From the NCBI GenBank assembly GCA_963725585.1, contig CAVRYU010000005.1, positions 287,823 through 351,822 on the forward strand: DNA of 64,000 nt, read 5' to 3'. Positions 58,703 through 64,000 of this stretch are shown here, piece by piece; position 1 is the stretch's first letter, and every line of letters starts with the position of its first letter. The stretch is from an uncultured Bacteroidales bacterium (lineage in GTDB: Bacteria > Bacteroidota > Bacteroidia > Bacteroidales > VadinHA17). The position numbers were made by a program, and so were the translations under genes. Under the pieces are notes generated by a model. It worked only from the letters and a program-made list of their open reading frames with translations, did not search any database and had not been told where the DNA came from.

Positions 58703-59368
58703 TCAATAATCGCTCAGGAAATCATTCAATGGCTTCATGATCCTTGCAGCCTTCAAAATATAATCAACACACTCCCTGCCGGTTATATCCTTGTCTGAGA
58801 TCATTTTCGATACCAGGAAACTCTTCAGCTTCAGGAATTCAATATATTTGTTATCTCTGGAATATCCCTTTGGCGCACTTTTTAGTTTTTCCCCTTCGAT
58901 TTCTCCGAAAAAATCCCGGAAATCTTTGTTCTTTAAGATTTTAACAAAAGTGTCTCCCTGTTCATCGATTTTTTCTCTTATCGCAGTCAGCCATGGCATT
59001 GGAGGAAGGTAAGCTCCTCCCGCAATCATACTGTTGTTGCCTGGTTCCACATGAACATAATAGCCTGCGTACTTGTCCCCGTTTTTCTTTCCTCCCTTTA
59101 CAATAAAAGCCCCGAGATGGGTTTTATAGATTGTTTTGTCGTTTGTGAATCTTATATCGCGATTGATTCTGTAAGTGCAGCTTTTAACCTCCAGTCCCTT
59201 AAGTATGGGATCAAATTCAACAATCCTGTTAATGACGTCCTGGACAAACGATTCAAAATTGTTTCTTGCATCGTCGTATCTTTTGCGGTTTTTCAGAAAC
59301 CATTCTCTTTCGTTGTGATCTTTAAGATCTGAAAGGAAATCCAGGGTTGATTTTTCTATCTGTTGCAT
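58703..59368 (-). CDS. DUF2461 (TIGR02453) family protein
   Basis: 221 aa with STLDFLSDLKDHNEREWFLKNRKRYDDA, YRINRDIRFTNDKTIYKTH and GGAYLP. Confidence 0.75.
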   Translation of the reverse strand: MQQIEKSTLDFLSDLKDHNEREWFLKNRKRYDDARNNFESFVQDVINRIVEFDPILKGLEVKSCTYRINRDIRFTNDKTIYKTHLGAFIVKGGKKNGDKYAGYYVHVEPGNNSMIAGGAYLPPMPWLTAIREKIDEQGDTFVKILKNKDFRDFFGEIEGEKLKSAPKGYSRDNKYIEFLKLKSFLVSKMISDKDITGRECVDYILKAARIMKPLNDFLSDY

Positions 59369-59551
59369 CGGGCAAGTGATATTTTAATAATTCATGGTTA
59401 ACAAAATAACTATATTTAGCGGGACAATAATCATTTGTGGTCCTGATTTTTTGACCGATTTCAGAATCCATTTCAAAATTAGATTCACATGATGCAATAA
59501 ATTATTGATTGTGAATGTTAAAGGATATAGTATAACTGACCTGAGAACAGA

Positions 59552-61192
59552 ATGCCAAGGCTTAATTTTAATCAAGAAAGAATAATTATTTTTCTTTTTT
59601 CTTTAATAATCACAATTGATTTGAATTCGCAGATCGAGGTTCCTTCTCATCTGCCGCTTATTGTAATTGAAACAGGGGGACAAAACATTAATACCGATTC
59701 AAAGATAACAGCCCGGATGAAAGTTATTGACAACGGACCTGGAGCCTTAAATAGTACATTTCAAAACGGGACCGATTATGATGGAAATACGGGTATAAAA
59801 ATCAGGGGGCAATCATCGCAGATGTTTCCAAAAAAAAGCTATTCACTTGAACTCAGATCCCGATCTGGTGCAGATACTACTGCCAGCCTTCTTGGAATGC
59901 CAGGTGAAGAAGACTGGGTGCTTTATGCCCCTTACTCCGACAAAACTATGCTTCGTAATGCACTCACTTTTCATCTTGGCAGCAGGCTTGGAGGTTGGCA
60001 GCCCCGAAACAAGTGGTGCGAGGTCTATCTCAACGGGAATTACATTGGCATTTATCAGCTAATGGAGAGTATCAAGCGTGACAGTAACAGAGTTGATATC
60101 AGCAAACTTAAGCCTGATGAACTTTCCGGGGATGATCTTACAGGCGGGTACATTATAAAGGCGGATAAGATTGACTTTGGGTCTGTTGATTTTTTTCAGA
60201 TTTTTCCTTCGGTTCATTATCGGAATTCGGATAATTACAGGTTCACATATGTCTATCCAAAATATGAGGAAATAGCGGAAGCACAAAAGAGTTACATTAA
60301 AAAGTTTGTAACTGATGCCGAATACAGTCTCAACGGCAGTTCATTTTCAGATCCGTCAGCGGGATTCAGAAAATACATGGATGTAAATTCATTTGTCGAT
60401 TTTCAGATAATACAGGAGCTTGTAAATAATGTCGACGGGTACCGTTTCAGTACATTTTTCTATAAGGACAAAGATTCTAAAGGGGGGAAGCTGCATGCGG
60501 GTCCGCTTTGGGATTTTGATCTGTGCTATGGGAATGAGGATTATACTGATCTAAATCTTGATACAGATATCTGGTTATATTCAAAGTTCGAAGATAAATA
60601 TGGCGGAAGAATGCACTGGTGGGCCCGTCTGATGGAAGATCTGGGCTACAGGGGTGTTTTCGTTTCACGATGGAAAGAGATCAGAAAAGGAACATTCAGC
60701 ACCGACTCCATTATGACCTATCTCGATAGTACAATCGATTACCTGGGAGACGCGATAGATCGTAATTTTGCCAGGTGGCCTGTAATCGGACATTATGTCT
60801 GGCCGAATTATTTTGTTGGAGAATCCTATGAAGAAGAGGTCGGATATATGAAAGGATGGATAACGTCAAGGGTGAATTGGATGGATGCCAATATTATGCT
60901 GGCTGAAAATGTTTCTGAAAATTACTCAAGAAATGAAATCCTTGTATTTCCAAATCCTGTCAGGGATAGGATTAATTTGTATTTCTATCTTTCTTTTTCA
61001 GGTGAGATCAGGATCGAACTGTTTGATTTAATGGGGCGAAAAGCTTATGTTAATGAAATTGTCCCCGAGAATCTGGGGTATCAATATATTAGTTTAGATA
61101 TTAATAATCTTGTTTCCGGATATTATATCCTGAAGGTTTCTCAGGGTAAAAGGCAGATTGGCAGGCGAAATATACTTGTAACAGGCAAATAA
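59552..61192 (+). CDS. CotH kinase family protein with T9SS C-terminal sorting domain
   Basis: 546 aa with GNYIGIYQLMESIKRD, GGYIIKADK and WDFDLCYGN (CotH-like blocks). The C-terminal VFPNPVRDRINLYF...YILKV is a T9SS type A sorting domain. Confidence 0.8.
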   Translation: MPRLNFNQERIIIFLFSLIITIDLNSQIEVPSHLPLIVIETGGQNINTDSKITARMKVIDNGPGALNSTFQNGTDYDGNTGIKIRGQSSQMFPKKSYSLELRSRSGADTTASLLGMPGEEDWVLYAPYSDKTMLRNALTFHLGSRLGGWQPRNKWCEVYLNGNYIGIYQLMESIKRDSNRVDISKLKPDELSGDDLTGGYIIKADKIDFGSVDFFQIFPSVHYRNSDNYRFTYVYPKYEEIAEAQKSYIKKFVTDAEYSLNGSSFSDPSAGFRKYMDVNSFVDFQIIQELVNNVDGYRFSTFFYKDKDSKGGKLHAGPLWDFDLCYGNEDYTDLNLDTDIWLYSKFEDKYGGRMHWWARLMEDLGYRGVFVSRWKEIRKGTFSTDSIMTYLDSTIDYLGDAIDRNFARWPVIGHYVWPNYFVGESYEEEVGYMKGWITSRVNWMDANIMLAENVSENYSRNEILVFPNPVRDRINLYFYLSFSGEIRIELFDLMGRKAYVNEIVPENLGYQYISLDINNLVSGYYILKVSQGKRQIGRRNILVTGK

Positions 61193-61228
61193 ATAAATGT
61201 AATTACAATGTAATTACAATTTCAGTAA

Positions 61229-64000
61229 ATGAATAAGACATTTTCAAGACTATTTTTCTTATTTGTATTCATTGACTTTATCACGGTTCATGATCTGAAA
61301 AGTTCATCCCTAACATATTCGACAATTGGTGTTCCTGCTTCACCGGAATTCAGCGTTGATCATGGCTTTTTCAATTCTCCTTTTCTTCTGGAGATATCCT
61401 CATCCAATGGAGATGTCAGGATATTTTACACCAGCGATGGAAGCAATCCTGCCATAAACAATGGGATCCTTTATACCGGATCTTTTCTAATAGATAAAAC
61501 ATCCAGTGATACGTGCCGTATGTGTTGCAAATGATAATTCAGTAAGTAAAACTACAACACGGACTTATATATTTCCTGACGATATTGTACATCAGCCAAA
61601 CAATCCTGAGGGTTATCCTTCCGAATGGGCTCCTTTTACAAGCATCAACGGGGTTGCGGCCGGTGATTACGAAATGGATCCGGAGACTGATGGCAGATCC
61701 GCAATTTGAAATATCGGTAAAAGAGGCTCTGGAAGATCTTCCGGTAATTTCACTTGTCACGGACAGAGGTTATCTGTTTTCAAAGAATGTTGATCAGGAA
61801 TCAGGCGGAATTTATATTTATACTGGTGTTTCTCAGGGGTTAGGATATGGATGGGAGCGCCCGGTTTCATTCGAATACTTCAGTGCACATGATACAGGCT
61901 CATTTCAGGTTGATTGCGGATTCAGGATACAGGGCGGAGAGGGGAGGAGGCCGGAAAAATCACCAAAACATTCATTCCGGCTTGTTTTTAAAAGTGTTTA
62001 TGGCCCCTCAAAGCTGAGATATCCTTTTTTCGGCGACGATGCTGTATCGGTAATAAATACAATAGTTTTAAGGGCTGGATTCGGCAACACATGGATCCAT
62101 TGGAGTCATAGCGAAAGATCAATGGCACAATATCTCAGGGACAGATGGACCAAAGATACCCAGAGAGCGATTGGACACTATTCAAGCCATGGCAATTATA
62201 TGCACTTATTTATCAATGGTTTATACTGGGGATTATATAATCCTTCAGAGAGAATTGACAGCGACTTTGCGGAATCATACCTTTTTGGGGATGAAATGGA
62301 TTTTGATGTTATTAAAGATTACTCGGAAGCTATTGATGGTGAGATAACAGCATGGAACAAAATGATGTCCATGGCAAATGCCGGACTCGTACAGAATGAT
62401 GCTTATCAACTCATCCAGGGAAACAACGCTGATGGTACTCCAAATCCCGAATTTGAAGCTATGGTCGATGCAGTAAGCCTTGCCGATTATATGATTTTAA
62501 ATTTCTACGGAGGAAACTGGGATTGGGATCATCACAACTGGGTTGCAATCAGAAACCGGGTCACTCCGGGCAAGGGATTTCAGTTTTTCTGCTGGGATGC
62601 TGAACATATGATAGAATCGCTGAATGCCAATATTCTTACTGAGAATAATGATAAGTGTCCCAGCCGCGTGTTTCAGCAATTGCGTCAGAATGAAGACTTT
62701 CTCCGTCTATTTGCCGATAGGGTTCAGAAATTGTGTTTTAATAACGGACCCCTTTCTCCTGCTTCAGCAGCCGGACGATGGAGCTTGAGGGCCGGCCAGA
62801 TAGATAAAGCCGTTGTAGCAGAGTCAGCCAGGTGGGGCGATTACCGGCGGGATGTTCACCAGTATCAGACAGTGGGTCCCTTTGAGCTTTATAACAAGGT
62901 TGAACACTGGCTTCCTCAGATGAACTATATGATGAATACATATTTTCCTGGCCGTACTGACGTATTTATCAGTCAGTTAAGAAAAGCAAAACTGTTCCCT
63001 TCGATCGACGCACCGGTATTTAAGCTTAATGGCAATCCCGTGTTTCAAAACAAGGTAAAGTCTGGTGATATCCTTTCGTTATTCTCCGGAAATGGGAATA
63101 TATGGTATACAACAGATGGAAGTGATCCTGCAGTATTTAAACCTTTAGCAGGCATCTCACCTTCAGCAAAAATGTACTTTAGTCCCATAATAATTACTGA
63201 GTCTACACATTTAAAGACAAGAACATTTTATAATGGGACATGGAGTGCTCTGAGCGAACTGAGCCTTATAGTTGCGGCCGATTTTAAAGATCTGAAGATT
63301 ACTGAAATTCACTATCACCCGGTAAATCAGAATGAAATGCAAGATTCGGTTTTTGAATTTATTGAACTTAAGAATACAGGTAAGTCCACTCTTACTCTCG
63401 AAGGAATTCAATTTACAAATGGTATCAGATATAGATTTCCTTCTGAAAGTTATCTGAAGCCGCAGGAATTTGTAGTCATTGCTTCGCACAAAAGGTATTT
63501 TTATGAATTATATTATTTCATGCCATTTGATCAGTATAACGGACAGCTTGATAATGGCGGAGAGGAGCTAGTCCTGTTGAGTCCGGATAGAGATACGCTC
63601 AGCTCTTTGACCTACGATGACGAAAATGACTGGCCTTTGTTGCCCGATGGGGAAGGAAGATCGCTTGTTCCTGTTGAAATGAATCCGTCTGGTGATCAGA
63701 AACTTCCATCATCTTGGAGAGCGTCATATAACTACCGGGGGATCACCTGGAGCCGATGATGTTTACAGTTCCGGCAGATCTTCTTCCGAAGTAATCACTG
63801 TTTATCAGAATTATCCTAATCCATTCTCAGGTACAACAACCATTCTGTACCAGCTACATACTGGCGCATCCGTAAAAATAACTGTTTTAGATCTTTCGGG
63901 AAAAACTGTAACTATCCTTGAAAATGCAAAGAGATTATCAGGATATTACAGAACCGAATGGGATGGGTTTGACCGGAGTGGCATCAAATTACCAACAGGA
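61229..64000 (+). pseudogene. Large CotH-family protein with chitobiase-type Fn3-associated repeats, lamin-tail domain and T9SS sorting domain; three frameshifts; runs off the window
   Basis: Pieces 61229..61534, 61506..61709 and 61585..63759, then an unlisted frame to 64000 (GGSPGADDVYSS...VYQNYPNPFSGTTTILY). IFYTSDGSNP and IWYTTDGSDP repeats are present. The LTD block is LKITEIHYHP...FIELKN...GGEELVLL. The last junction lies in ccggggg at 63734..63740. Confidence 0.8.

Noticed and set aside
1-64000. Searched for a prophage, ICE or defence island (integrase, transposase, RT, nucleases, restriction-modification, toxin-antitoxin pairs)
   Set aside because: None of the listed ORFs shows motifs of these families. 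The only mobile-element-like signal is the ORF-less insert at 39356..40053.

Overview
This window reads as a chromosomal segment from an AT-rich, anaerobic, fermentative member of the Bacteroidota. Supporting this: T9SS C-terminal sorting domains, several ExbB/ExbD/TonB genes, TAnnTTTG-type promoter boxes, a DUF4252/ECF-sigma module, and ptb/buk genes. Coding content is mostly housekeeping and metabolism. It includes a galactose utilisation cluster, a six-gene PstS-like/TPR/ExbB/ExbD/ExbD/TonB operon, queA, kdsA, rarA, ggt, a pta-ackA-ptb-ptb-buk acyl-phosphate cluster, pyrK-pyrD, RelA/SpoT, PrsW, a LexA-like/DinB/DnaE2 damage-response cassette, typA and two tandem CotH-family T9SS cargo genes. 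RNA genes are RNase P RNA (rnpB) and tRNA-Lys(UUU). I found no integrase, transposase, reverse transcriptase, CRISPR array or recognisable defence gene, and no convincing new multi-gene protein system. The unusual content is mainly non-coding: (1) two 140-bp direct repeats bracket a 711-bp ORF-less insert with terminal inverted repeats at the 3' end of an outer-membrane barrel gene; (2) many different heptanucleotide tandem arrays sit directly at stop codons; (3) a family of G5/C5 double-hairpin REP-like elements, including a 280-bp mosaic wedged between dinB and dnaE2; (4) a 22-bp x5 tandem array grows out of a terminator hairpin next to rnpB; (5) paired TGATT-N7-AATCA palindromes lie in front of the LexA-like gene. 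About 15 frameshifts split at least 9 genes, including kdsA, truA and galK. Several lie in short G/C homopolymers, so sequencing indels are the most likely cause. All calls come from reading the sequence and from remembered family motifs; no searches were run.
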